This document shows positions 43,900 to 53,610 of a stretch of DNA of 64,000 nucleotides, in pieces. The notes beneath the pieces were generated by a model, which saw nothing but the letters and a program-made list of their open reading frames with translations, was not told the DNA's origin and did no database searches. This DNA comes from an uncultured bacterium. GTDB lineage: Bacteria; Acidobacteriota; Thermoanaerobaculia; Multivoradales; JAHZIX01. The first letter of the stretch is position 1; every line of letters starts with the position of its first letter. The stretch covers positions 192,001 to 256,000 of the forward strand of contig CBDUPA010000005.1 in assembly GCA_965368975.1 (NCBI GenBank), read 5' to 3'. The translations under genes were made by a program, and so were the position numbers.

Positions 43900-44999
43900 G
43901 CGACTCCCCACGGCGGGGACCCGTGCGCCTGGTGATCTGCAGCGCGCAGGTTCCGTTCAGTCGCGGTGGCAATGAAGTCCTGGTGGATACCCTGCACGAT
44001 CAGCTGCGCGCCCGCGGCTATGCCGTCGACGTCGTGCGCTTGCCGTTCAGCTGGTCGCCACGCCAGCAACTGCTGCAGAGCTGCCTCGCCTGGCGCCTGC
44101 TCGACCTGCGAACCGCCGAGGGCCAGCCGGTCGACCGGGTCATTGCCACGCGCTTCCCCTCCTATCTGATCCGCCACCCCGCCAAGGTGGTGTGGCTGGT
44201 ACACCAGTTTCGCCAGGCGTACGACCTGCGCGGCACCCACTACTCGGATGTCGGTGGTGCCGTCGATGACGAGGATCTGGTGGCGCGTATTCACGCGATG
44301 GACGGGCGCGGCTTGGGCGAGGCGCAGGCGGTGCACGCCATCTCGCAGAATGTCGCCGGTCGTCTGCGCCGCCACAACGGTCTGGAAGCGGGGGTGCTCT
44401 ATCCGCCGCCACCGCACGGTGACGCCTACCGTCAGGAGGGCTACGGTGACTACGTCCTCAGCGTTGGCCGGCTGGATCCGCTCAAGCGTGTCGATCTGTT
44501 GCTGCGTTCTCTGGCCGCGACCCGCGAGTCGTCCGGCGCGCGCGCGGTGATCGCGGGCGAAGGTGCCGCCGGTCCTGAGCTGCGGGCGCTGGCGTCCAAG
44601 CTCGGCCTCGACGGGCGCGTCGAGTGGCTGGGCCGGGTGAGCGACGAGCGCCTGCTCGACCTCTACGCCGGTGCTCGCGCCGTCTACTACGGGCCGTACG
44701 ACGAAGACTACGGCTACGTCACCGTCGAGGCGTTCAAGTGCGCGCGGCCAGTTCTCAGCTGGGAGGATGCCGGCGGCGTCCTCGAATTGGTCGACCATGG
44801 CGTCAACGGGTATGCCTGTGCCGCTGGCAAGGTCAAGGCCATGGCCCGCTGCCTCAACGATCTCTTCGCCGGTGACGAGCTGCCGCGACGCCTGGGCGAA
44901 GCCGGCCGCGAACGCGTGCGTGGCATCGGTTGGCCGGCGGTCATTGAGGGATTGACGGCAGGCTTGCCTGTGCCAGGCGCAGAGCGGGAAGGGGCCTGA
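43896..44999 (+). CDS. Glycosyltransferase family 4
   Basis: PFSRGGNE, VGRLDPLKR, EDYGYVTVEA, GGVLELV motifs. Confidence 0.92.
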   Translation: MSDSPRRGPVRLVICSAQVPFSRGGNEVLVDTLHDQLRARGYAVDVVRLPFSWSPRQQLLQSCLAWRLLDLRTAEGQPVDRVIATRFPSYLIRHPAKVVWLVHQFRQAYDLRGTHYSDVGGAVDDEDLVARIHAMDGRGLGEAQAVHAISQNVAGRLRRHNGLEAGVLYPPPPHGDAYRQEGYGDYVLSVGRLDPLKRVDLLLRSLAATRESSGARAVIAGEGAAGPELRALASKLGLDGRVEWLGRVSDERLLDLYAGARAVYYGPYDEDYGYVTVEAFKCARPVLSWEDAGGVLELVDHGVNGYACAAGKVKAMARCLNDLFAGDELPRRLGEAGRERVRGIGWPAVIEGLTAGLPVPGAEREGA

Positions 45000-45000
45000 C

Positions 45001-46452
45001 GTGAAGTGGGCCTGGTGCAGTCCGCTGCCGCCCGCCGGCTCCGGCATCGCTGACTACAACGCTGAGTTGCTGTCGGCGTTGCAGCCGGCCGTGCGAGGTG
45101 ACGGGGGCGATGTCGAAGTCCTGGACAACGCCGACTCCGACGCGCTGGCGGCCTTGCCGGCTCGTCTCGAACGCGGCGACTTCGACCTCGCCGTCTACCA
45201 CCTGGGCAATCATCCCGGCTACCACGCCGCGATCCTGCGCGCCGCCATGGTGCCGGTGAACCGGCAGCGCGGTGTCGCGGTGCTGCACGAGCCGATGCTG
45301 CACCACCTGCTGCGCGAGCCGCTCCTCGGCGGGGGTAAGGATGTTGCCTATCTCGACCTGATGGAGCAGGTCTACGGCCAGATCGGCCGTCATGTCGCTG
45401 AGCGCTTCCTGCAGGCCGACGGCTTGCCCGAGATGTGGGCTTTTGGCCTGTTCGAGCCGGTGGTCGATGTTTGCCGCGGTGTCGTGGTGTTCAATGAGCC
45501 GGCGCGGCAACGCGTGCTCGCCAGCCGTCCGGCGGCAGCCGTCGAGGTGGTGCCGCAGCACGTCGTGATCGAACCGGAACTGCTCGATGGAAGCGCGGAT
45601 CCCGCCGCGCTGCGCTCGTCTCTCGGTCTACCCACTGGCAACCACCTACCCGCCGAGGCCTTCGTCTTCGGCTGCTTTGGTCACCTGACGCTGCAGAAGC
45701 GCCTGCCGGCCATCGTCCGTACTTTCGCCAGTCTGCTCTCCGAGATGCCCCACGACGGGCCGCCCTTGCGTCTGTTGCTGGCTGGCCAACTGGCCGCCAA
45801 CGTCACCGCCGAGAGCCTGCTGGAGGAAGTTTCCGTGGCCCATCGCGAAGCCGTGCGCGCGGCCATGGTGGTGACTGGACGCCTGCCGATGGACGCCTTC
45901 CAGCGCGCGATGGCCGCTTGCGATGTGGCGCTCAATCTACGCTTCCCGAGTGGCGGCGAGACCTCGGCCACGCTGCTGCGCTTGCTGGCGCTGGGCAAAC
46001 CGACCCTGGTCACCGACGTCGGCTCCTTCGCCAGCCTGCCGCCAGACGTCGCTCTGCGTATCCCACCGGACGACAGCGAAGAGGCGCTGCTCTTGGCTTG
46101 TATGCGTCGCCTGGCCACAGATCCGCAACTGCGGTGCGACCTCGGCAATTCCGCGCGCCGCTTTGCTGTTACAGAGCACAGCATGGATGCCTCGATTCGT
46201 TCTTGGACGCGCGCCCTCACCCGCATCGCCGACGCCCGGCCCGCCCCCGTCGTCTCGGCTTCGGGAACTGCTCAGGCAAGCCTGCATCTCGACCTCGGCG
46301 CCCGTCTCGACGAGCTGGGGCTGGGCGATGACGAAGACTTGCTGCGGGCGGTCGCGCGGGCGACCGTCGAACTGGCTCTGGATCCGGCCTTCTCGCCGAA
46401 GCTCAGGGGCAGAACTCAGGCCCTGGCCGCCGGAGTACGCCATGGCCACTGA
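45001..46452 (+). CDS. Glycosyltransferase family 4
   Basis: SPLPP..SGIADY, YHLGN, FGHL..QKR, LRFPSGGETS motifs. Confidence 0.88.
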   Translation: MKWAWCSPLPPAGSGIADYNAELLSALQPAVRGDGGDVEVLDNADSDALAALPARLERGDFDLAVYHLGNHPGYHAAILRAAMVPVNRQRGVAVLHEPMLHHLLREPLLGGGKDVAYLDLMEQVYGQIGRHVAERFLQADGLPEMWAFGLFEPVVDVCRGVVVFNEPARQRVLASRPAAAVEVVPQHVVIEPELLDGSADPAALRSSLGLPTGNHLPAEAFVFGCFGHLTLQKRLPAIVRTFASLLSEMPHDGPPLRLLLAGQLAANVTAESLLEEVSVAHREAVRAAMVVTGRLPMDAFQRAMAACDVALNLRFPSGGETSATLLRLLALGKPTLVTDVGSFASLPPDVALRIPPDDSEEALLLACMRRLATDPQLRCDLGNSARRFAVTEHSMDASIRSWTRALTRIADARPAPVVSASGTAQASLHLDLGARLDELGLGDDEDLLRAVARATVELALDPAFSPKLRGRTQALAAGVRHGH

Positions 46453-47929
46453 CCGCGACCGTGACCCCCGACCCTCCGGCGAGGGCGAGCGCCCACCGTC
46501 GGTACGCCTCCGGCGGCCAGCCGGGGGAGCCGTGGGAATGGCGCCTCCGCTCGACTCAGCACCGGGAGCCTCGGAGGGCGCGCCCTCCCCGGGTGGCGCC
46601 GTCAAAGTCCGGGCGAGCGGGGCCGCCACTCGTCGCCGGCGCCCCTGGTTCCGTCTGCTGTTCATCGTCGCGCTGCTCGCGGCCTTGGCCGTGCACATCG
46701 TCCATCACTACGTGCCACGGGAGCGCGCCGCGATACCGGCGGCCGGTGACCTGCCGGCACGCCTGCTGGCCGAGGGGCAGTTCGACGCCGTCGTGTGGTT
46801 GCCCTATCCGCACCAGAACCTCGAAGCCGCGCTCGGCGACTCGCGTGTCGCCCTGCAGGAAGCTGCCCGCGCCGCCGGGCGGCCGGCGCCGCGCGTCCCG
46901 TCGTTCGGCCCGTTCCCGCTGCCGCCGTCGGAAGAACTCACCCTCGCTCTCGACGACGATGGCCGCCGTTTCCAGCTCGTCGCTCGCATCTACCCGGGCC
47001 TTGCCCTGGTCGCTCGCCTGGCGGGGCGCCTGGCGTCCAACCCGTGGCTCGAGGGTGGTCCCGTCGTGCTCGACGGGCAACCGGCGCAGGTACGCTGGCA
47101 GGACGGCCTGTGGATCGTCGCTTCCGATGCCCAGCCGGGCCCCGAAGACGCTGCCCCCTTGACCGCCGAAGAAGCCGGGCCGCTACGCCGCCCCTTGCTC
47201 GCTGCCCTGCGCCTGCGCCAAGCCACCGGTCCGCTGCCTGCCGGTCTCTACCCGCTGGAGCGTCGTCCGGAGCTGGGGCGTGCGGAAAAGGGGAAGGAGG
47301 CGGGGCCGCTCGTGCTGCGCCGCGCGGGCGTCGGAGCTGTCGAGCTGCCGCCCGAGAGCCGTCCCGAGACCTTGTGGCAGCCCTACCAGGCTCTGCTCGT
47401 CCTGCAATCCGAGACCGGCAGCACCGATGTTGCCGCCTTCCTTCTTTTCCGCGACACCGTTCCCTCCGGTCTGGTCACGGGCGCCACCGATCCGGCCAGC
47501 GCCGTCGGGGGCGACAAGCGCGGCTTCGCCCTGCTGCAAGCGCGCACCGGCCGCGACCTCACCCTCGGCGCTGTCGGCGTCTCGGCCCTGCTCGGCAAAG
47601 CTGGCTACAGTGGTCAAGCGTCCGGCTGGCGGGTGCAGGCCAACAACGAAGCCAACTTCCTGCGCGGTACCCTGCTCGTCCCGCGGCTGCAACAACTCGT
47701 CAACAGCACAGACGGTCCACGCGTCCGCTTCGCCTTCCTCCTCGATCCAGCCGCCGCCGACCCTGTTCTCGCCGACCTCGAAGCCGGCACCGAACGTCTG
47801 CTGATCAGCGACCTCTCCGAAGCCGCCCAGCTGCGCGCCCTGCGCCGCCTGCTGCAACAGCTCGATCACGCCGGCCGTATCCGCGTCACCGTTACCGAGC
47901 CGGCCGGATTCGAGCTGGTCGTGGAGTGA
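46442..47929 (+). CDS. Hypothetical membrane-anchored protein
   Basis: Long ORF with GC3 bias and one TM segment (LLFIVALLAALAV); start reassigned to ATG 46442. Confidence 0.65.
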   Translation: MATDRDRDPRPSGEGERPPSVRLRRPAGGAVGMAPPLDSAPGASEGAPSPGGAVKVRASGAATRRRRPWFRLLFIVALLAALAVHIVHHYVPRERAAIPAAGDLPARLLAEGQFDAVVWLPYPHQNLEAALGDSRVALQEAARAAGRPAPRVPSFGPFPLPPSEELTLALDDDGRRFQLVARIYPGLALVARLAGRLASNPWLEGGPVVLDGQPAQVRWQDGLWIVASDAQPGPEDAAPLTAEEAGPLRRPLLAALRLRQATGPLPAGLYPLERRPELGRAEKGKEAGPLVLRRAGVGAVELPPESRPETLWQPYQALLVLQSETGSTDVAAFLLFRDTVPSGLVTGATDPASAVGGDKRGFALLQARTGRDLTLGAVGVSALLGKAGYSGQASGWRVQANNEANFLRGTLLVPRLQQLVNSTDGPRVRFAFLLDPAAADPVLADLEAGTERLLISDLSEAAQLRALRRLLQQLDHAGRIRVTVTEPAGFELVVE

Positions 47930-47962
47930 TGGGTGGTGAGGTGCCGTGTGCGGGTGCGGAAA

Positions 47963-47992
47963 TTGACACCTCTCCCTCTCTTGCCGTAAGCT
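47963..47992 (+). promoter_or_regulatory. Putative sigma70 promoter of the yceD-rpmF-fab cluster
   Basis: TTGACA-18 nt-TAAGCT. Confidence 0.65.
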
Positions 47993-48025
47993 CACGACCT
48001 TGTCCGTGGGAGGGCTACGCAAATC

Positions 48026-48559
48026 ATGCTCGTTCGTTTCGAAGACATCCGCGAAGAGCCTTTCCAGTGGCAGGAAACCGTCGACATCTCGCCTGACTCC
48101 TTGGAGCAGCCCAACCTTCAGAGCCTGGGGCCGGTCTCGTGGCGCGGACGCGTCACGTACGCCGAGCCGGGTTTTCATCTCAGCGCACGTTTGCAGTACG
48201 AGCAGCAGCTGGAGTGCATCCGCTGTCTGCAGCCGGCGGTGCAAGAGGTGAATTCGGAGGTCGAGCTGATGATCTTCGCTCACGGGGACCAGCGGGGGGC
48301 CGGCGACTACGAATTGCAGGAACGCGACATGAGCATTGTCCACGTGACGGGCGAAACGCTGGATCTGGAGCCCATCTTGCGCGAGCAGATGCAGCTGAAT
48401 GTCCCCATGCGGGCGTTGTGCAAAGACGACTGCGCCGGGCTCTGTCCAGTGTGTGGCATCAACCGCAACGAAGCCTCCTGCGATTGCCAGAACGAAACCA
48501 CCGATCCCCGCTGGGCGGGGTTGCAAGCCTTGCGCGGCCAGCTCGGCGACGACGGATAG
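48026..48559 (+). CDS. yceD: DUF177/YceD family protein
   Basis: CIRCL, LC.DDC.GLCPVCG.N.N...C.C, DPRW..L; located upstream of rpmF. Confidence 0.92.
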   Translation: MLVRFEDIREEPFQWQETVDISPDSLEQPNLQSLGPVSWRGRVTYAEPGFHLSARLQYEQQLECIRCLQPAVQEVNSEVELMIFAHGDQRGAGDYELQERDMSIVHVTGETLDLEPILREQMQLNVPMRALCKDDCAGLCPVCGINRNEASCDCQNETTDPRWAGLQALRGQLGDDG

Positions 48560-48645
48560 CTAGACGATGAATAGCTAGAACGACCGGCCCTGTATGACCG
48601 CCATCCGACTGATCGCAGTAGAGACAATTCAACGAAGGAGCCGCC

Positions 48646-48831
48646 ATGGCCAACCCCAAGCGACGCCATTCCAAGTCCCGCCGTAACAAGCGCCGCGCGC
48701 ACGATGCTCTGACGCGTCCGACCGCCTCGACATGCGCAAACTGCGGCGAAGTCAAGTTACCGCACCGTGCCTGCCCGAGCTGCGGAGAATACCGTGGCCG
48801 TACCGTGATCGAGGTCGAGGATTCACTCTGA
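48646..48831 (+). CDS. rpmF: 50S ribosomal protein L32 (zinc-ribbon form)
   Basis: [19 protein letters not shown]...CANCG...[11 protein letters not shown]. Confidence 0.97.
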   Translation: MANPKRRHSKSRRNKRRAHDALTRPTASTCANCGEVKLPHRACPSCGEYRGRTVIEVEDSL

Positions 48832-48872
48832 TCAGCGGCTAGCATGCTGACGCGGGATCCAGCCGAGCGGAC

Positions 48873-49940
48873 ATGCGTATTGCCGTAGATGCCATGGGCG
48901 GCGACGATGCACCCAGGGAGGTGGTCGCCGGTGCCTTTCAGGTCGCCACGCGCAATCGCATCTCGATCCTGCTGGTCGGCGACGAAGCCAAGGTCGGCCC
49001 AGAACTCGAGAAGCTCGGTGACCACGGCGGCCGCATCGTCATCCACCATGCCGAAGAGGTCGTGGGGATGGAAGACACCGCGACCGCGCCGATCCGCAAG
49101 AAGAAGCGGTCGTCGATTCGCCTGTGTGCCGAGCTGGTGCACCGCGGTGAGGCGCAGGCAATGGTGTCCGCCGGCAATACCGGCGCGGTGATGATCGCTG
49201 CCAAGATGATCATCGGCACGATTCCTGGAGTCGATCGGCCGGCGCTCGCCGCCGCTTTCCCCAATCCACGCGGTCGCACCGTGGTGCTGGACGTCGGAGC
49301 CAATGTCGAGACGCGGCCCGCCTACCTACGCCAATTCGCCGTCATGGGACACAGCTACGCCCAGGCGGTGCATCATCTGGAGACACCGCGTATCGGCTTG
49401 ATGTCGATCGGCGAAGAAGACAGCAAAGGAACCGACACCACCCGCGAGACCCTCCGCGTGCTCAAGACCACCGGCCTCAATTTCGTCGGCAACGTCGAGG
49501 GGCGGGACGTCTTCAACGGGGAAGTGGATGTCATCGTGTGCGATGGCTTTGTCGGCAACGTGCTACTCAAGAGTGCCGAGGCGATGGCGGAACAACTCAA
49601 ACGCATGCTCTACGAAGAACTCGACCGCAGCCCGCAGGCCCGGCTGGGCGCCAAGCTGGCGGGACCTGCCCTGCGTCGGCTGGCTCGCCGTACCGACTAT
49701 CGCGAGTACGGCGGCGCGCCGTTGCTAGGCCTGTGTGCCGGTTGCTTCATCGCTCACGGAAGTTCCAACGCGCGGGCGATTCAGAACTCGATCCTGCGCG
49801 CTGTCGAGTTCACGCAGGCGCGGGTACACGAGAAGATTCGCGACAAGGTCGCCGTGCTGCACGATCAGGAGGCACTGCTGCTCTCCTCGACCGAGGCGGG
49901 ACCGGATATGACTGAGCCCAAGGCGGAGAAGAAGACATGA
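48873..49940 (+). CDS. plsX: Phosphate acyltransferase PlsX
   Basis: IAVDAMGGD.AP, SAGNTGA, LDVGAN, CDGFVGN motifs. Confidence 0.97.
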   Translation: MRIAVDAMGGDDAPREVVAGAFQVATRNRISILLVGDEAKVGPELEKLGDHGGRIVIHHAEEVVGMEDTATAPIRKKKRSSIRLCAELVHRGEAQAMVSAGNTGAVMIAAKMIIGTIPGVDRPALAAAFPNPRGRTVVLDVGANVETRPAYLRQFAVMGHSYAQAVHHLETPRIGLMSIGEEDSKGTDTTRETLRVLKTTGLNFVGNVEGRDVFNGEVDVIVCDGFVGNVLLKSAEAMAEQLKRMLYEELDRSPQARLGAKLAGPALRRLARRTDYREYGGAPLLGLCAGCFIAHGSSNARAIQNSILRAVEFTQARVHEKIRDKVAVLHDQEALLLSSTEAGPDMTEPKAEKKT

Positions 49941-50896
49941 CAGCGATCGGATTCATTTTTCCCGGGCAAGGGTCCCAGAAGGTCGGCATGGGCCGCGACT
50001 GGGCCGAGGCCGTGCCGGAAGTGCGTCACACCTTCGAGGAGGCTGACGACGCGCTCGGGGTCCACCTCTCCCGCTTGTGCTGGGAAGGTCCCGAAGACGA
50101 GCTCAATCTGACCATCAACACGCAGCCGGCGCTACTCGCCTGCTCGATCGCCATTCTGCGCGTCGCACAAGCACAAGCCGATCTCGACGCCGTCGCGTTC
50201 GCTGGCCACAGCCTGGGTGAGTACTCGGCGCTGGTCGCCGCCGGCTCCCTCGACTTCGGCGACGCGCTGCGCCTGGTGCGCGAGCGCGGCCGTTTCATGC
50301 AGCAGGCGGTGCCGCTGGGCGAAGGCGCCATGGCGGCGATCATCGGCCTGAGCGTTGAGCACATCGTCGAGTTGACCGAGCAGGCCAAGCGCAATGGCGA
50401 GGTCTGTGGCTTGGCCAACCTCAATGGCGAGCTACAGACGGTGATTGCCGGGCACAGCCGGCCGATCGAGGAGACGGTGGGCCTGGCCAAGGCCGCCAAG
50501 GCCAAGAAGGCGGTGGTGCTGCCCGTATCGGCGCCCTTCCACTCGCCGCTCATGGCGCCGGCGCGCGAGCGCCTGACGCCGCTGCTTGGCGATACCGCAT
50601 TTCGCGCCCCGGGACAGCCCGTGGTCTGCAACGTCGACGCACGCCCGGTTACTGACGGGGATACCGCCCGTGATGCCCTGATTCGTCAAGTCGATGCACC
50701 CGTGCGCTGGGTCGAGTGCGCGACCTGTATGGCCGAAGAACTGGGCGTCGGTACCTTCCTGGAAATCGGCCCTGGCAAAGTGCTGACCGGAATGACCCGT
50801 CGTATCGTCGACGGTTCCTCGTGTACCAGCCTGCAGGATCCCAAGAGTCTGGACCGCTACCTGTCCAAGAGTGACGGCGGTTCGGGCGACGACTGA
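49937..50896 (+). CDS. fabD: Malonyl-CoA:ACP transacylase
   Basis: FPGQGSQ, GHSLGEY, VSAPFHS motifs. Confidence 0.97.
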   Translation: MTAIGFIFPGQGSQKVGMGRDWAEAVPEVRHTFEEADDALGVHLSRLCWEGPEDELNLTINTQPALLACSIAILRVAQAQADLDAVAFAGHSLGEYSALVAAGSLDFGDALRLVRERGRFMQQAVPLGEGAMAAIIGLSVEHIVELTEQAKRNGEVCGLANLNGELQTVIAGHSRPIEETVGLAKAAKAKKAVVLPVSAPFHSPLMAPARERLTPLLGDTAFRAPGQPVVCNVDARPVTDGDTARDALIRQVDAPVRWVECATCMAEELGVGTFLEIGPGKVLTGMTRRIVDGSSCTSLQDPKSLDRYLSKSDGGSGDD

Positions 50897-50909
50897 AGGA
50901 GAACACCGC

Positions 50910-51653
50910 ATGTTTCGATTGGACGGCAAGACGGCGCTGGTGACCGGCGCTTCCCAGGGGATTGGCGAGGCGATCGCGCGTCGACTGGCACAGCAAGGGG
51001 CGCGCGTCATCCTGGCAGCGCGCTCGGTCGACAAGCTGCAGGCCTTGCAGCAGGAACTCACCGACGCGGGAGCGCAAGCCACGGTACTGCCGCTCGATCT
51101 GTCGCAGGCGGCGGAGCTGGAGGCCCGCGTCAAGGAACTGCCGGAAGACTGGGCCAACATCGACATCCTGGTCAACAACGCTGGCATCACTGCCGACAAC
51201 CTGCTCGCACGCATGGGGCTCGATGACTGGCAGCGTGTGCTGGATACCAACCTCACCGGCACCTTCGCGCTGACCAAGTCGCAGGTACGCGGCATGATGC
51301 GTCGGCGCAGCGGCCGTATCATCAACATCTCGTCGGTGACCGGCCTGATGGGCAATCCCGGGCAGGCCAACTACGCCGCCGCCAAGGCCGGCCTGATCGG
51401 TTTCAGCAAGTCGCTGGCACGCGAATTGGGCAGCCGTGGTATTACCGTCAACGTCGTCGCTCCGGGTCTGATCGAGACGGCGATGACCGAAGGTTTGCCC
51501 GAGAAGGCACGCCAAGCGTTGACTGAGAACATCGTGGCCAAGCGCCTTGGCGATGTCGACGACATCGCTGCCGCCGTCGTTTACCTGGCCAGCGACGAAG
51601 CTGCCTACGTCACCGGTACCGTGCTCAACGTCTCTGGCGGCCTCTACATCTGA
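50910..51653 (+). CDS. fabG: 3-oxoacyl-ACP reductase
   Basis: TGASQGIG, NNAGIT.D, YAAAK; AAGGAG RBS. Confidence 0.97.
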   Translation: MFRLDGKTALVTGASQGIGEAIARRLAQQGARVILAARSVDKLQALQQELTDAGAQATVLPLDLSQAAELEARVKELPEDWANIDILVNNAGITADNLLARMGLDDWQRVLDTNLTGTFALTKSQVRGMMRRRSGRIINISSVTGLMGNPGQANYAAAKAGLIGFSKSLARELGSRGITVNVVAPGLIETAMTEGLPEKARQALTENIVAKRLGDVDDIAAAVVYLASDEAAYVTGTVLNVSGGLYI

Positions 51654-51997
51654 TCTCGTAGCCGCGGCCTGGGTGACCAAGAGTTGCGTCAGGCCACCGG
51701 TTCATGCGATGCTCTCGGCGGAACCGGAACCCGTCGAGCCAAAGCGATCGAACACCCGGACTCCTCGCCAGGATGTCCTCCGAAGAGGTTCGGTTCCGAA
51801 ACATCCAAAAAGCTCCGGGCTCGACTTCGACTTTGACCTCGGTGCGTGGTACCAACATCCTGGCGCCAGGCACCTACAAGGCTCGATCGTGTCGAACCCG
51901 ACTTCCTTGAGACCCGTAAATTCCAAAGACCCCCTAGGGACCCCGTTCTCGTACGGGCTCCGACGTACCCAGGGATAGAGACAGGAGGGACTTGCCC

Positions 51998-52243
51998 ATG
52001 TCTGCCGTTGCAAACAAGGTGAAGCAGATCATCGTCGACCAACTTGGTGTGGACGAAGACGAGGTGACCATGGACGCTAGCTTCACCGACGATCTCGGCG
52101 CCGACTCCCTCGACATCGTCGAGTTGGTCATGGCCTTCGAAGAAGAATTCAACATCGAGATCCCGGACGAAGAAGCCGAGAAGATCAGCCGCGTCAAGGA
52201 AGCCGTTTCGCACATCGAAGCGGCGGCGAAAGACGCCGAGTAA
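51998..52243 (+). CDS. acpP: Acyl carrier protein
   Basis: [20 protein letters not shown]; AGGAGG RBS. Confidence 0.98.
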   Translation: MSAVANKVKQIIVDQLGVDEDEVTMDASFTDDLGADSLDIVELVMAFEEEFNIEIPDEEAEKISRVKEAVSHIEAAAKDAE

Positions 52244-52273
52244 TTCCTTCGGCTCCTGCGAGGACTCCCCAAG

Positions 52274-53539
52274 TTGAGCAGAAAGGTCATTGAGACGCGT
52301 CGGGTTGCCGTCACTGGTATCGGTCTGGTTTCCGCCCTCGGGGTGGGGACCGAGATCAACTGGCGGTACCTGCGCGAGGGTAAGAGCGGCGCCGCCCGGA
52401 TCGACCGCTTCGACCCCTCGGAGTTCACCTCACAAATCGCTGCCCAGGTTACCGATTTCGATCCGCTGGACTACCTGCCGAAGAAGGAGGTCAAGAAGAC
52501 CGACTCTTTCACGCAGTATGCCCTAGCGGCTTCGACCTTCGCCATTGAGGACAGCGGCCTGGTGATCGATGGCAGCAACGACGAACGCGTCGGTGTCATC
52601 ATCGGCTCCGGTATCGGCGGTTTGCCGCTGATCGAGGCGACGCACGAGGTGTACATGGAGCGAGGGCCGAGTCGGATCTCGCCCTTCTTCATTCCGGCGA
52701 TGATCTCCAACTTGGCGGCCGGCCAGGTGTCGATCCGCTTCGGGGCCAAAGGCCCGAACACGACGCCGTGCACCGCCTGTACCACCGGCTTGCACGCTGT
52801 CGGAGATGCCTTCCGGCAGATTCAGCTCGGCTATGCCGACGCCATGATCGCTGGCGGTGCCGAGGGGCAGATCACGCCTCTCGGCGTCGGTGGCTTCTGT
52901 GCGATGAAAGCCCTTACCACGCGCAACGACGAGCCGGCAAAGGCGTCGCGGCCGTGGGACAAAGATCGGGACGGTTTCTTGGTTGGCGAAGGTTCCGGCA
53001 TCTTGGTCTTGGAAGCTCTGGACCAAGCGCAGGCGCGCGGGGCCACCATCTACGCCGAGGTCGTCGGCTACGGCATGAGCGCCGATGCCTACCACATCTC
53101 GGCACCACATCCGGACGGCGATGGCGCCGCCCGCGTCATGGCGGCCGCGCTCAAGGACGCCGAACTGCCGCCCGAGAGCATCGGCTACGTCAACGCCCAC
53201 GGTACCTCGACTCCTCTAGGTGACCTCTCCGAAGTGCGGGCCGTGCGGCGAGTGTTCGGTGAGCATGCCGAGCGATTGGCGGTGTCCTCGACCAAGAGTT
53301 GCACGGGCCATATGTTGGGTGCAGCCGGCGGCTTCGAAGCCGGGGTGCTGGCGCTGGCGTTGCACGATCAGACCCTGCCGCCGACCATCAACCTGGACGA
53401 ACCCGGCGAAGAATGTGACTTGGATTTCGTACCCAACACCGCGCGTGTGGTGGAGGGTTTGGAATATGCCTTGACCAACAGCTTCGGTTTCGGCGGCACC
53501 AACGGTGCGCTGATTCTGAGGCGCTGGTCGGGCGCGTAA
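52274..53539 (+). CDS. fabF: 3-oxoacyl-ACP synthase II
   Basis: TACTTG, NAHGTST, GHMLGAAG, NSFGFGG motifs. Confidence 0.97.
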   Translation: MSRKVIETRRVAVTGIGLVSALGVGTEINWRYLREGKSGAARIDRFDPSEFTSQIAAQVTDFDPLDYLPKKEVKKTDSFTQYALAASTFAIEDSGLVIDGSNDERVGVIIGSGIGGLPLIEATHEVYMERGPSRISPFFIPAMISNLAAGQVSIRFGAKGPNTTPCTACTTGLHAVGDAFRQIQLGYADAMIAGGAEGQITPLGVGGFCAMKALTTRNDEPAKASRPWDKDRDGFLVGEGSGILVLEALDQAQARGATIYAEVVGYGMSADAYHISAPHPDGDGAARVMAAALKDAELPPESIGYVNAHGTSTPLGDLSEVRAVRRVFGEHAERLAVSSTKSCTGHMLGAAGGFEAGVLALALHDQTLPPTINLDEPGEECDLDFVPNTARVVEGLEYALTNSFGFGGTNGALILRRWSGA

Positions 53540-53554
53540 GCCGGTAACGGCTCG

Positions 53555-53579
53555 GTAGGGGCGTCGCTTCTGGCGCCTC
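53555..53579 (+). repeat. Possible degenerate GTAG REP-like hairpin
   Basis: GTAG-gggcgtc-gcttct-ggcgcctc between fabF and elp3; needs G-U pairs. Confidence 0.4.
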
Positions 53580-53610
53580 ACTCACCGTGCTCCGGTGAAG
53601 CAGTATCCCG

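Noticed and set aside
48556-48583. Short direct repeat atagctaga x2 between yceD and rpmF
   Set aside because: Likely a small duplication of the yceD stop region, with no evidence of function
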